In this document: piece after piece, positions 37,336 through 46,462 of the stretch
Position numbering within the stretch: position 1 is the first letter of the stretch
How the letters are laid out: every line of letters begins with the position of its first letter
Source of the DNA: Polyangiaceae bacterium
GTDB taxonomy: Bacteria; Myxococcota_A; Polyangia; Polyangiales; Polyangiaceae
NCBI GenBank assembly: GCA_033763455.1
Contig: JANRKO010000039.1
Coordinates: 32,001 to 96,000 of the forward strand
Direction: 5' to 3'
Length of the DNA stretch: 64,000 nt
Program-made: the position numbers and the translations under genes
The notes under the pieces: generated by a model
Told to the model about the DNA's origin: nothing
What the model saw: the letters and a program-made list of their open reading frames with translations, nothing else
Database searches by the model: none

Positions 37336-38067
37336 ATGAGCCAGGAGCGCGACGAGATCTTCCGTAAAAAGCTGAGTGAAGTAGGGGATTTTCGCTTCAA
37401 CGCTGAAGTGGCGCAGGTCTTCGACGACATGATTCGGCGCTCGCTCCCTGGCTACGCCACCATCTTGGATATGCTGAGCGTGCTGGCGCTGCGGTTCGCC
37501 CAACCGAACACGTCCGTCTACGATCTTGGGTGTTCGCTCGGCGCAGCGACTCTGGCCATGCGGCGCGGGGTAGGGCACCGCCAGGTCTCCTTCATTGCTG
37601 TGGACACGAGCCCCGACATGGTGGAGCGGTGCCGGCGGGCCACCGCAGGGGCCCCGGGGAGCTCGGTCACAGTCGTGTGCGACGACATCCGCAACATTCC
37701 GATCGAAAACGCCTCTCTGGTAGTTCTCAACTTCACGCTCCAGTTCATTGCTGTACCTGAGCGCGAAGCACTGCTCCGGCGCATCAAGAATGGCCTCCGC
37801 CCCGGTGGGGCGCTCATCCTTTCAGAAAAGCTTGCGTTCGAGGGCAGTGAACAGAGCGACCTATTTACCTCACTCCATGATTCGTTTCGTCTGCAAAATG
37901 GCTACACCGATCTGGAGATCAGCCAAAAGCGAACAGCGTTAGAGAAGGTTCTATTCAACGAAACGGAGGCCACCCACGTGGCGAGGTTGCGCCGCGTTGG
38001 CTTTGCTACTGTTGAAACCTGGTTTCGATGCGTTAACTTCGGCTCCATGCTCGCAGTTCGGGAGTAA
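37336..38067 (+). CDS. cmoA: Carboxy-S-adenosyl-L-methionine synthase
   Basis: 'DFRFNAEVAQVFDDMIRRS.PGY', 'YDLGCSLGA', 'LNFTLQF', 'NGYTDLEISQKR', 'WF...NF.S'. Confidence 0.95.
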   Translation: MSQERDEIFRKKLSEVGDFRFNAEVAQVFDDMIRRSLPGYATILDMLSVLALRFAQPNTSVYDLGCSLGAATLAMRRGVGHRQVSFIAVDTSPDMVERCRRATAGAPGSSVTVVCDDIRNIPIENASLVVLNFTLQFIAVPEREALLRRIKNGLRPGGALILSEKLAFEGSEQSDLFTSLHDSFRLQNGYTDLEISQKRTALEKVLFNETEATHVARLRRVGFATVETWFRCVNFGSMLAVRE

Positions 38068-38068
38068 T

Positions 38069-39058
38069 GTGAGCGAGCTACCGTCACTTTACGTATTGCT
38101 GCCAGCAGAGCTCAGCCGTGCGCTCTTAGCTCTTCATTTTGGCGAAGGTACTGCAGAGGAGCTGCTGGGTGCGGCCGAGGAAAAGCTCCACCGGGAAAAC
38201 CCAGGCGATGCGATGAAGTGGGCGAATGCCATCCACGCTTTGCCCAACGGCGATGTCACTACAGATTTCGCGCGTGAGAGCCCGCGCCTCGGACAGGCAC
38301 TGGCGAGTAACCTACCCAAGATCGAAAGCGGGCTGCGGGAACTCGGCCCCTGGAGGAAAGGTCCTTTTACCGTGGGAGGCGTGGAGGTGGATGCGGAGTG
38401 GCGCTCGAATCTAAAGTTCGAACGCATCGAGCCGCATGTGAACCTCGAAGGTTGCCGCGTGCTCGATGTGGGCTCGGGCAACGGCTACTATTGCCTGCGT
38501 GCACTCGGTGCTGGGGCGAAGGTGGTGCTCGGCATCGACCCTACGTGGTTGTATGTGGCGCAATTTGCGGCCCTCCAAAAATTAATGCCGCCACAGCCTG
38601 CGTGGGTGCTGCCATTCACCCTCGAAGATCTACCCGCTGCCGCAGCTGGCTTCGACTATGTGTTTTCTATGGGTGTGCTCTATCACCGCCGCGCACCGCT
38701 CGATCACTTAAGAGCGCTACATCAACGGCTTAAGCCCGGGGGCACACTCGTGCTGGAAACTCTTGTAATCGACGCGGAGCTCGGGCCATCGCTGATCCCC
38801 AATGGGCGCTACGCGGGCATGCGGAACGTGTGGCAAATTCCCTCTACGGAAACACTGTTGAGCTGGCTTAAGGCATGTGGCTACGAGCACGCACGTATTG
38901 TTGATATCACGCGCACGCTTCCGGCAGAGCAGCGAGCAACCTCGTGGAGCTCGCCGCATTCTTTGATTAACGTCTTAGACGCAAACGATCCGGCGCGCAC
39001 AATCGAAGGCTATCCGGGGCCCACAAGAGCGGTTGCCATCGCGAATTCACCTGGCTGA
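38069..39058 (+). CDS. cmoB: tRNA 5-methoxyuridine/cmo5U34 carboxymethyltransferase
   Basis: 'PWRKGPF', 'DAEWRS', 'DVGSGNGYY', 'GIDP', 'MGVLYHRR.P', 'RYAGMRNVW', 'TIEGYP'. Confidence 0.95.
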   Translation: MSELPSLYVLLPAELSRALLALHFGEGTAEELLGAAEEKLHRENPGDAMKWANAIHALPNGDVTTDFARESPRLGQALASNLPKIESGLRELGPWRKGPFTVGGVEVDAEWRSNLKFERIEPHVNLEGCRVLDVGSGNGYYCLRALGAGAKVVLGIDPTWLYVAQFAALQKLMPPQPAWVLPFTLEDLPAAAAGFDYVFSMGVLYHRRAPLDHLRALHQRLKPGGTLVLETLVIDAELGPSLIPNGRYAGMRNVWQIPSTETLLSWLKACGYEHARIVDITRTLPAEQRATSWSSPHSLINVLDANDPARTIEGYPGPTRAVAIANSPG

Positions 39059-39323
39059 CGGGGACCACATAAGCTGACTGGTACCACGCCGATCCAGCCC
39101 TTGAATTTCGCTTGATCCACAACGTTTCAACTCTGCAAGGAGCAACGTTTGGAAAAAAAATGGCTTCAATTTCCGCCCTTGGGAAATTGTTCAGCGCCTC
39201 AGTAATTCCCACCTACATAAAGGCTATCGCGCCATCGCTTCGATAGGTTCTGGTGTGGACGGAGACGATGGCGACCGTTAGTCTTTATGCGTCTAGCCCC
39301 CTTGCAGTTAGGTGTAGGTAGTC

Positions 39324-41042
39324 ATGCCCCAAGTTCGTTGGATAGGTGCCGTTGTCCTTGCGTGTTGCGCTTCAGTCGTGGGTTGTCAGGCAGAGGTTGA
39401 TAGCAGCCGTCGCCCCAATGGCGGCCCAAGCCCGGTAGCCACGGACCCTAACACCGGCCTCCCGCTGGATCCAACCGGTACCGGCGGCACGGGCACACCG
39501 GGCTCCGCACCGCCTGGCGCAGTGGTCATGCGTCGCCTCACGCGCGACGAATATGACAACACCCTGCGCGATATTGCCGGCGTTACCCAGTCGCAAGCCG
39601 GTAGCTTTCCGAACGAAGAGACGGACTTCGGCTTTAACAATAACGGCGCCGCACTCACCTTCCCGCCCACCCTGGGAGACGCCGCTTTCACCGCAGCGCA
39701 AACCGCCGCTCGCCAGGTCGTCGCTAATTTCGCCACGCACGTGACCTGTGCCACACCTCAAACACCTGAGTGCGCCGACCAATTCATTACTGAGTTTGGC
39801 GAAAAGGCGTGGCGGCGGCCACTCACTGCCGCCGAGAAGACGCGCTTGCGCGGTGTCTTTGACGTCGGTAATTCGCAGACTGGGTTTGACCTCGGCATCG
39901 AGATGGTCACATCTTCGATGCTAATTTCCGCACCGTTCTTCTACCGCGTCGAGGTTGGTGACGGCATGCCTGTTCCCGGCAAGCAGAACCTTGTAAGGCC
40001 TACGTCGTGGGAAATGGCGTCACGCTTGTCGTATTTCTTGTGGAATTCTGCGCCTGACGCCACGCTCCGCTCTTTGGCCGCGCAAGATGCCCTGAAGGAT
40101 CCCGACGCGATCAAGGCCCAGGCGCTCGCTATGTTGGCGGATCCGCGTGCACGTCAAGCTGTTGCCAACTTCAACCAGCAGTGGCTTCAAACGGGCCGCA
40201 TGAACGGCATTAACAAAGATCCCAATATCTTCCCCGAGTGGAAGACCGAGCTTCGCCCGTTGCTTCGCAAAGAGATCGACACCTTGTTGGAGCGCGCAGC
40301 CTGGGATTCACCCTCCGGCCTTCAGGACATTCTGACGTCGAATACGACTTTCATGAATGCTGATTTGGCGAAGTTCTACGGCGTCACGGGCCCCACCGGC
40401 ACGGCGTTTGAGGCTGTCCAGGTAGATGCAGCCACCAGGAGCGGCATCCTCAGCCGGGCTGGTTTGCTCGCTATCGACGGGTTCGTAGAAACATCCCCCA
40501 CGCTGCGCGGTGCCTATATTCGCCGCAGGCTCCTGTGCGGTGAGCCCCCGCCTCCGGATCCGGCGGCTGCAGCGCTCAAGCCCCCCCCTTCGGCCACATC
40601 CACCACGCGTCAGCGCTCGGAGCAACACGCGAACGTAGAGCCCTGCAAGAGCTGCCACATGTTCATTGATCCGATTGGCTTCGGGCTGGAGAAGTACGAT
40701 GCGCTCGGCAAGTACCGCGAGATGCAGAACAATCTGCCCATCGACGACAGTGGCAATGTGGTTGGCATGGCCTCTAACGGGGCACAAATCGCAAGCGATA
40801 TTGGGCCCTTCAAGGGAGCCGTTGAGCTTGGCCAGAAGATGGCCGCCAGCACCACCGTTACCGATTGCTTCGCGCAACAGTGGTTCCGTTTCACGAATGG
40901 TCGCGCGCCAGTAGCAGCCGACGCTCCGGCGATTCAGGAGCTGGGCCAACTGGTGCGTACCAATGGCGGCAACCATCGTGAGCTCATCACCGCCCTCACG
41001 CAAACGGACGCGTTCTTGTATCGACCGGCGTCAGGCAGCTAA
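39324..41042 (+). CDS. DUF1592/DUF1588 (PSD/PSCyt) domain lipoprotein with CxxCH
   Basis: 'RRLTRDEYDNT', 'ASRLSYFLW.S.PD', 'TSPTLRG', 'CKSCH..IDPIGFGLE.YD..G'. Confidence 0.92.
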   Translation: MPQVRWIGAVVLACCASVVGCQAEVDSSRRPNGGPSPVATDPNTGLPLDPTGTGGTGTPGSAPPGAVVMRRLTRDEYDNTLRDIAGVTQSQAGSFPNEETDFGFNNNGAALTFPPTLGDAAFTAAQTAARQVVANFATHVTCATPQTPECADQFITEFGEKAWRRPLTAAEKTRLRGVFDVGNSQTGFDLGIEMVTSSMLISAPFFYRVEVGDGMPVPGKQNLVRPTSWEMASRLSYFLWNSAPDATLRSLAAQDALKDPDAIKAQALAMLADPRARQAVANFNQQWLQTGRMNGINKDPNIFPEWKTELRPLLRKEIDTLLERAAWDSPSGLQDILTSNTTFMNADLAKFYGVTGPTGTAFEAVQVDAATRSGILSRAGLLAIDGFVETSPTLRGAYIRRRLLCGEPPPPDPAAAALKPPPSATSTTRQRSEQHANVEPCKSCHMFIDPIGFGLEKYDALGKYREMQNNLPIDDSGNVVGMASNGAQIASDIGPFKGAVELGQKMAASTTVTDCFAQQWFRFTNGRAPVAADAPAIQELGQLVRTNGGNHRELITALTQTDAFLYRPASGS

Positions 41043-41082
41043 GCAGTTCTCGACCTGTGGGCCTCGGGCTAACCCGCCGCGA

Positions 41083-43119
41083 CTAGCCCGCCCGCAGATC
41101 ATCCTGCCAAGGCGATTGGCAGCTTTCGTCGGCAAGAAAGAAAAGCGCGGCGCGCATCTCCAGGTATTCGTCAGTAACCATCTGGAGCAACACGGGCGGC
41201 ATTTGCTCTATTGGGAGCCCTTCCCAAGAGAACCCCACAACGCCCTGGGTGAGCGAGCGCAGCCCGGAAGTGAGTGCTTGATCGCGGCAGCGGAAGTAGC
41301 GCTGAATCGCTGTGGCGAGTGCGTACGAAAAGCGAGGCGCTTCCTGTTCAGCCGAGGGCAGCCCCACCTCGCTCATGCCCGCTCCGAAACATACCCAAGT
41401 TAGGCCAGTCCACGCGAGCCGCGCCTGGCGCATAAGAGCCACAAACCCCAAGTGTTCCAAGTTGAGCGTCTCGTCGACCAGGACGGTATCCACCTGCTCA
41501 CCAGCGACCGCTTCAAACGACCACTGGCCGAGCGTCACCGGACCTGACGGCAGCAGCTTGGATACATCTGGCGGAAACCACGCTGGCAATGAACTCTCAG
41601 ATCCGAACCCTAGGCAGCGCCTCATCGCCTCCCGGGTGAGTAAAAGCCGCGTCGCATACTTCTGAACCGCCAAACGCACCGCCCCAAGCGCTTGCTCGGG
41701 CGCACTAGGGAGCTCCTCGACCACCCTTTCGATGAGCTCACAAGCGGCCGGCCAAAAACCAAACTCCGGGAAAAGCACTCGCACATAGGACTTCAAAAAT
41801 GCAGAAGTCTGGCTAGACACTGTCGCCAGAACTTCGGCATCACGCAACGCCCCCGCGCGATCTCCCAACTCAACTCGAATCAAGCCACGACCAGCGAGCA
41901 ATTCCGGAGTCGATCCGGCAAGCACGATCGCGGCTTCAACAAAATCCGCAGCGAGCGTCGGTAACTCCAGATGCGCCAACGAAATCGCCCGAAATACCAA
42001 AGCTGGCCCGACACCCACCAATAGCGCATTAGCGAATGCTAAAACACTATTGGGATCGCGTTCTCTCAAAGCCGCTAGCACCACCTCGCTCGCACGCTCG
42101 GAAAGCGCCACCGTATGTACTTCTACGAAGTGCAACCACGGCTCACTCACTTGGGTTTGCCCGATCGCGCGCCCCACCGCCAACATTGCTTCATGCAAGC
42201 AACCTGCGCTTACCAATGCCTGAATGCGTTCACTCCATTGTTCGCTCGATGCTGAACCTGGAGCAAGCGCAACACTCGCCTTGAGTTCTTCCTCGGTAGG
42301 TAGCGCTCCGAAGTCTCTACCACCTACGAGCTTGCCTTGCGCGTCTAGGAACTGCCACGGACCGAACGCAAAGCCTTGTTCAAACTGCCCGCAGAGCGCG
42401 TGAATAGCGGAATCCGTGTACCAATTGTCCTCGACCTGCCGAGAGAAATACGGCCCCTGACGCAGGCCACTCACCCAATGTTCCTCCAAAAGTAGCTCGC
42501 CCCCATCGGCCCAAAGAGCGTGCACCCCGTGCCGCTTGTCGAGCTCATAGTCGTCAGTTTCCGTGAGCCTGCCGCTCAGCGCCCAGTAGGACCAAGTGCC
42601 CGCCCGTTGACCCGCTCCGTTGCGCTTGCCGAACACCCAACGTTGCTCTCTTGCGTCATACCATGCACCAGCAGGCACACCCTCTGGGCGTTCCGGGTGC
42701 AGCGATCCGTCAGGTAATAACAGGCGGTCTTCTCGGTCGTAGAAGCGCTCCCTAGCGAACTGTCCCTCGCCGTAATCTACCCGCATCGACCAGGCGTTGG
42801 GGGGAACACAGCACGAGCGCAGCGTTTCACGAGTGGGCCCTGTGGATGCGTATGCCTTGAGAGTGCCAATAGCCTTGCCATGTTGATATTCGGCCTCGCG
42901 AGCGAGCTCCCCGTTGGGGTGAAACCGCCGCAGCTTTCCGTGCAACTTGCCGGCCTTGTACTCGGAAAAGAGCTTCAGCGAGCCGTCCGCTCGCCAGCTG
43001 CGCAGCACACCATGGCGCACCCCCTCTTCGTCCTGCTCAGCCAACTGCCATTCGCTGGCTTCATCGCGCCACGCGGCTTCAAGCGGCACCTGATCGGGCC
43101 TATCGGGAAGTGAGGACAC
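41083..43119 (-). CDS. MORN-variant repeat (YwqK-like) protein with helical/TPR-like C-terminal half
   Basis: Repeats such as 'YKAGKLHG..RRFHPNG' and 'KRHGVHALWADGG'; 'GRGLIRVELGD..GA..D' TPR-like. GTG 43119 chosen as start; the ORF extends to 43200. Confidence 0.7.
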   Translation of the reverse strand: MSSLPDRPDQVPLEAAWRDEASEWQLAEQDEEGVRHGVLRSWRADGSLKLFSEYKAGKLHGKLRRFHPNGELAREAEYQHGKAIGTLKAYASTGPTRETLRSCCVPPNAWSMRVDYGEGQFARERFYDREDRLLLPDGSLHPERPEGVPAGAWYDAREQRWVFGKRNGAGQRAGTWSYWALSGRLTETDDYELDKRHGVHALWADGGELLLEEHWVSGLRQGPYFSRQVEDNWYTDSAIHALCGQFEQGFAFGPWQFLDAQGKLVGGRDFGALPTEEELKASVALAPGSASSEQWSERIQALVSAGCLHEAMLAVGRAIGQTQVSEPWLHFVEVHTVALSERASEVVLAALRERDPNSVLAFANALLVGVGPALVFRAISLAHLELPTLAADFVEAAIVLAGSTPELLAGRGLIRVELGDRAGALRDAEVLATVSSQTSAFLKSYVRVLFPEFGFWPAACELIERVVEELPSAPEQALGAVRLAVQKYATRLLLTREAMRRCLGFGSESSLPAWFPPDVSKLLPSGPVTLGQWSFEAVAGEQVDTVLVDETLNLEHLGFVALMRQARLAWTGLTWVCFGAGMSEVGLPSAEQEAPRFSYALATAIQRYFRCRDQALTSGLRSLTQGVVGFSWEGLPIEQMPPVLLQMVTDEYLEMRAALFFLADESCQSPWQDDLRAG

Positions 43120-43264
43120 GTGGCAAGAACTCCGAGCCTGCGACGCTACGGCAACTCTGGCATGCGTGCAAAGGCAAACACAAGTAAAGCCGCCGTTCAT
43201 CGGCTTACGCGGACGCTATTTATGAAACGAGCTTGACCCAAGCCTTGGCAGTCAGCAAAACCTG

Positions 43265-44428
43265 GTGTCAATGACGGTTGAACTGCCAAAGTGGGATCTC
43301 GGAAAACTACAACAGGCGCCGAAAAGCTTCGAAGCGCCCGGCTTTTCCTCGGAAGGCGTGCGCCCGCTTTTCTTTGAAGGTTTGCCTTACAAAGGCAAAC
43401 CCACCCGAAACTTCGCTTGGCTGGGCTTGCCGCACGAAGCCATGACGCGCAAAGTACCTGGTGTTGTGCTCTTGCACGGTGGGTGCGGCACAGCTTTTGC
43501 CGAATGGGTGCGGATCTGGACTCAACGCGGGTATGCGGCCATTGCTATGGATACGGCGGGGCAAACGCCCATTCAGGGAGTTGAAGACAACTTCTGCCAC
43601 GGTTGGCCGCGGCACGAATGGGCGGGGCCCGAGCCCTGGGGCGCCTCCTTTCAGACCTTGGACGAGCCGATTTCTGAGCAGTGGCCTTACCACGCTGTCG
43701 CGACCACGCTCTTGGCCCACTCACTGCTCGCCTCGCTACCGGAAGTGGATGAAAGCAAGATCGGCCTTACTGGCGTTTCTTGGGGTGGCTTCCTATCCAG
43801 CCTAATCGCTGGCGTTGACTCGCGTTTGCGTTGCGTGGCACCCGTCTATGGTGGCGGCTACGACCCGGAACGCTTTACATTTTTTGCAAGGGATCAGGAT
43901 CCGGAAAAACGCAAACGCTGGCTGGACCTCTACAATCCCATCCATTTTCTCCCCAACGCAAAGATGCCCATACTTTGGGTCACCGGCACCAACGACCACG
44001 CGAGCTCGTTGGAGCATCAGCTCTTTTCACTTAAGCGGGCTCCCGCCGAATCCACGCTGTGCGTAAAGCTGCGCATGGTGCACGGCCACGGGGGTGTTTC
44101 CGAGCGGCCGGGGGAAATTTGGCAGTTTTTCGAGTCGAATTTGAACGGCAAAAAGCCGCTCCTCAAGATTGTGGAGCAAGGGCGTGAAGGCGAAGAAGCA
44201 TGGCTCCGCTACCACGCCGTCACCGAGGTTGCGAAAGCGGAGCTCCTCTACACGTTCGATGTGGGGCCCTGCGCCGAACGCGTCTGGCACACCCGCCTGG
44301 CAAGGTTGGACGCGAAAACTTCTCGCGTTACGAGCATACCCCCGGAGGGCACCACCGCCTACTTCTTCAACGTCGAAGATTACCGAGGCCTCACTGTGAG
44401 CAGTGAACATGTGGAGCTCCGCGCTTAG
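43265..44428 (+). CDS. Alpha/beta hydrolase (acetylxylan esterase / dienelactone hydrolase-like)
   Basis: 'VVLLHGG', 'GVSWGG' nucleophile elbow, 'GTND', 'HGH'. Confidence 0.85.
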   Translation: MSMTVELPKWDLGKLQQAPKSFEAPGFSSEGVRPLFFEGLPYKGKPTRNFAWLGLPHEAMTRKVPGVVLLHGGCGTAFAEWVRIWTQRGYAAIAMDTAGQTPIQGVEDNFCHGWPRHEWAGPEPWGASFQTLDEPISEQWPYHAVATTLLAHSLLASLPEVDESKIGLTGVSWGGFLSSLIAGVDSRLRCVAPVYGGGYDPERFTFFARDQDPEKRKRWLDLYNPIHFLPNAKMPILWVTGTNDHASSLEHQLFSLKRAPAESTLCVKLRMVHGHGGVSERPGEIWQFFESNLNGKKPLLKIVEQGREGEEAWLRYHAVTEVAKAELLYTFDVGPCAERVWHTRLARLDAKTSRVTSIPPEGTTAYFFNVEDYRGLTVSSEHVELRA

Positions 44429-44437
44429 CGCGACGCC

Positions 44438-45628
44438 ATGCACGCTAGTTATCCCATTCACTACCTGCGCCTGGTAGGCTCTACCAACACCAACAAGGTC
44501 ATGGCTGGCGAGCTCAATCGCTTAGCCCAGCGAGCCCTCCGCACACGCCCCCTTGAGCCCAAGAAAGACGGCACGGGCGCCATTTTGTACCCGTTCAACG
44601 TCGCGCTTGCGGCATTGGCCGTGCGTTACCACCACACCTCCGCGCGAGTCCTCTGGGACCTGTACGAAAGCCGCGCCAATCGGCTGGAGCCGCTCTACGC
44701 GGATCTTCTTTCGCAAATGGAGAAAGACGATCGGCTCTATCTCTGGGATGGCGCCACCATCAGCGTGCAAGCGTACGGTGTGGATGATTTCGCGGCCGGG
44801 GAGCGCCAGGTGGTTGGGACGGTGAAAAACGCCCTGATTGCAGGGGCTGCCACGCGCAACCTAACGCTCACCGTCGATCCAGATCACCCAGATTTGGTTT
44901 TTTCCGTGCGCATGCCCGCCCCAGATCGGGTGCTTATCTCGCTGGATCTAGCTGGCCGCCCGATGAATCAACGTGGCTACCGCGTGGAGTCGGGTGAGGC
45001 GCCCTTGCGTGAAGATGTTGCGGCCCAGCTGGTGATGATGACACGTCACGATGCACGCACCGAGGCACTAGTGGATCCGATGGCGGGCTCTGGAACCATC
45101 GCGATTGAAGCCGCCTGCATGGCTCAAGGTCGCTACAATTGGCAATCCGGGCGCACGCCTTCAGCCGCGCGCTTGCCTGAATTTGCGGAACACTTTGCAT
45201 CACGTGCAGAGCCCCTGTTTGAGGACACCAAGCCGCTGATATTCTGCAGCGAGATCTTGCCGAACATGTGCGAAGTGCTGCGTAAAAATGCGGATACCGC
45301 TGGCGAAGCACGCTCCATCGAGATCCACGCGGGTGATTTTCGCGATTGGCGGGCTGAAGATATCTTCGCCCAAATCGCTGCCAAAGGGGGCAACCCAAGC
45401 CGCGGCGTTATCCTCACTAACCCTCCCTACGGGCACCGCATGGGAACCAACCTGCCCCAGCTCTACCACGACTTCGCGCGCTGGTGCCGCGGTTTTCCCG
45501 GCTGGCGGGTGGGCGTGATTGTCGCCAATGATGGCGAGTTCGAACGCGCTGTGGGTGGTCGGCCATCCGTGGTAAAACCGGTAAGAAACGGCGCACTCAA
45601 GGCTGATTTCTTAATGTACGAGCTCTAA
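44438..45628 (+). CDS. THUMP/UPF0020 RNA m2G methyltransferase (RlmL-like, stand-alone)
   Basis: 'RGYR....APLRE', 'DPMAGSGTIAIEAA', 'TNPPYG.R', 'NG.L'. Confidence 0.85.
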   Translation: MHASYPIHYLRLVGSTNTNKVMAGELNRLAQRALRTRPLEPKKDGTGAILYPFNVALAALAVRYHHTSARVLWDLYESRANRLEPLYADLLSQMEKDDRLYLWDGATISVQAYGVDDFAAGERQVVGTVKNALIAGAATRNLTLTVDPDHPDLVFSVRMPAPDRVLISLDLAGRPMNQRGYRVESGEAPLREDVAAQLVMMTRHDARTEALVDPMAGSGTIAIEAACMAQGRYNWQSGRTPSAARLPEFAEHFASRAEPLFEDTKPLIFCSEILPNMCEVLRKNADTAGEARSIEIHAGDFRDWRAEDIFAQIAAKGGNPSRGVILTNPPYGHRMGTNLPQLYHDFARWCRGFPGWRVGVIVANDGEFERAVGGRPSVVKPVRNGALKADFLMYEL

Positions 45629-45631
45629 GCG

Positions 45632-46462
45632 ATGGCAACCTTCGTGATAGGTGACGTGCAGGGTTGTTACGATCCTTTGGCGCGCCTGCTCACTCAGGTA
45701 GGCTTCGACGAAACGGTGGATCGCCTCTGGTTAGTGGGCGACTTAGTGAACCGGGGGCCCCACTCCCTGGAAGTGATGAAGCTGTTGCGCAGTATTGCCA
45801 AAGCCTGCACGGTAACCCTCGGCAACCACGACCTCCACGCCTTGGCAGTGTTTTACCGAACTACCAAAGCTAAAGCCACTGACACACTCGGCGCCCTCTT
45901 GGCTGCACCAGATGCCCACGAACACTTCGATTGGCTGCGGCACTGTGCGCTTTTTCACACGGATGAAAGCTTGGGTTACTCGATGGTGCATGCAGGTGTG
46001 CTTCCCGATTGGGATATTCATACCGCAGGGCTCCGTGCTCGCGAGGTAGAAGCTGCCCTACAAAGTTCATCCCCAGAGAGCTTCCTCCGGGACATGTACG
46101 GCAATGAACCGGCACGTTTTGACGATTCGCTACGCGGCAACTCGCGCTTACGGGTTATCACCAACGTGCTCACGCGCATGCGATTCTGCAGGACGGATGG
46201 GACGCTTGATCTGAAGAGCAAGGGGCCGCTCAGCGAGACACCGGTGGGTTACCTGCCGTGGTTCTCACACACCCAAAGAAAAACAGCCGATAACCGCATC
46301 TTTTTCGGGCATTGGGCCCACCTCCTCGGGGAAACACACGTGCCCAATGCGATTGCTACGGATACTGCGTGCGTGTGGGGAGAGTGTTTAACCGCAATTC
46401 GCATCGAAGACGGCAAGCGATTTCAGGCGCCTTGCCCTCCCAGAGCCTCCAACTCTCGATAA
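45632..46462 (+). CDS. apaH: Symmetrical bis(5'-nucleosyl)-tetraphosphatase
   Basis: 'IGDVQGC', 'GDLVNRGP', 'LGNHDLH', 'MYGNEP', 'TRMR', 'FGHWA', 'DTACVWG'. Confidence 0.93.
   Translation: MATFVIGDVQGCYDPLARLLTQVGFDETVDRLWLVGDLVNRGPHSLEVMKLLRSIAKACTVTLGNHDLHALAVFYRTTKAKATDTLGALLAAPDAHEHFDWLRHCALFHTDESLGYSMVHAGVLPDWDIHTAGLRAREVEAALQSSSPESFLRDMYGNEPARFDDSLRGNSRLRVITNVLTRMRFCRTDGTLDLKSKGPLSETPVGYLPWFSHTQRKTADNRIFFGHWAHLLGETHVPNAIATDTACVWGECLTAIRIEDGKRFQAPCPPRASNSR

Noticed and set aside
39200..39315. attC-like site (hairpin followed by GTTAGGT)
   Set aside because: No matching RYYYAAC inverse core, no integron integrase and no cassette array.
22486..46462. Enrichment of RNA/translation genes (tadA, ybaK, trhP, cmoAB, RlmL-like, apaH) as a single system
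   Set aside because: Scattered over 24 kb on both strands among unrelated genes; only trhP-cmoA-cmoB and RlmL-like-apaH are physically linked.
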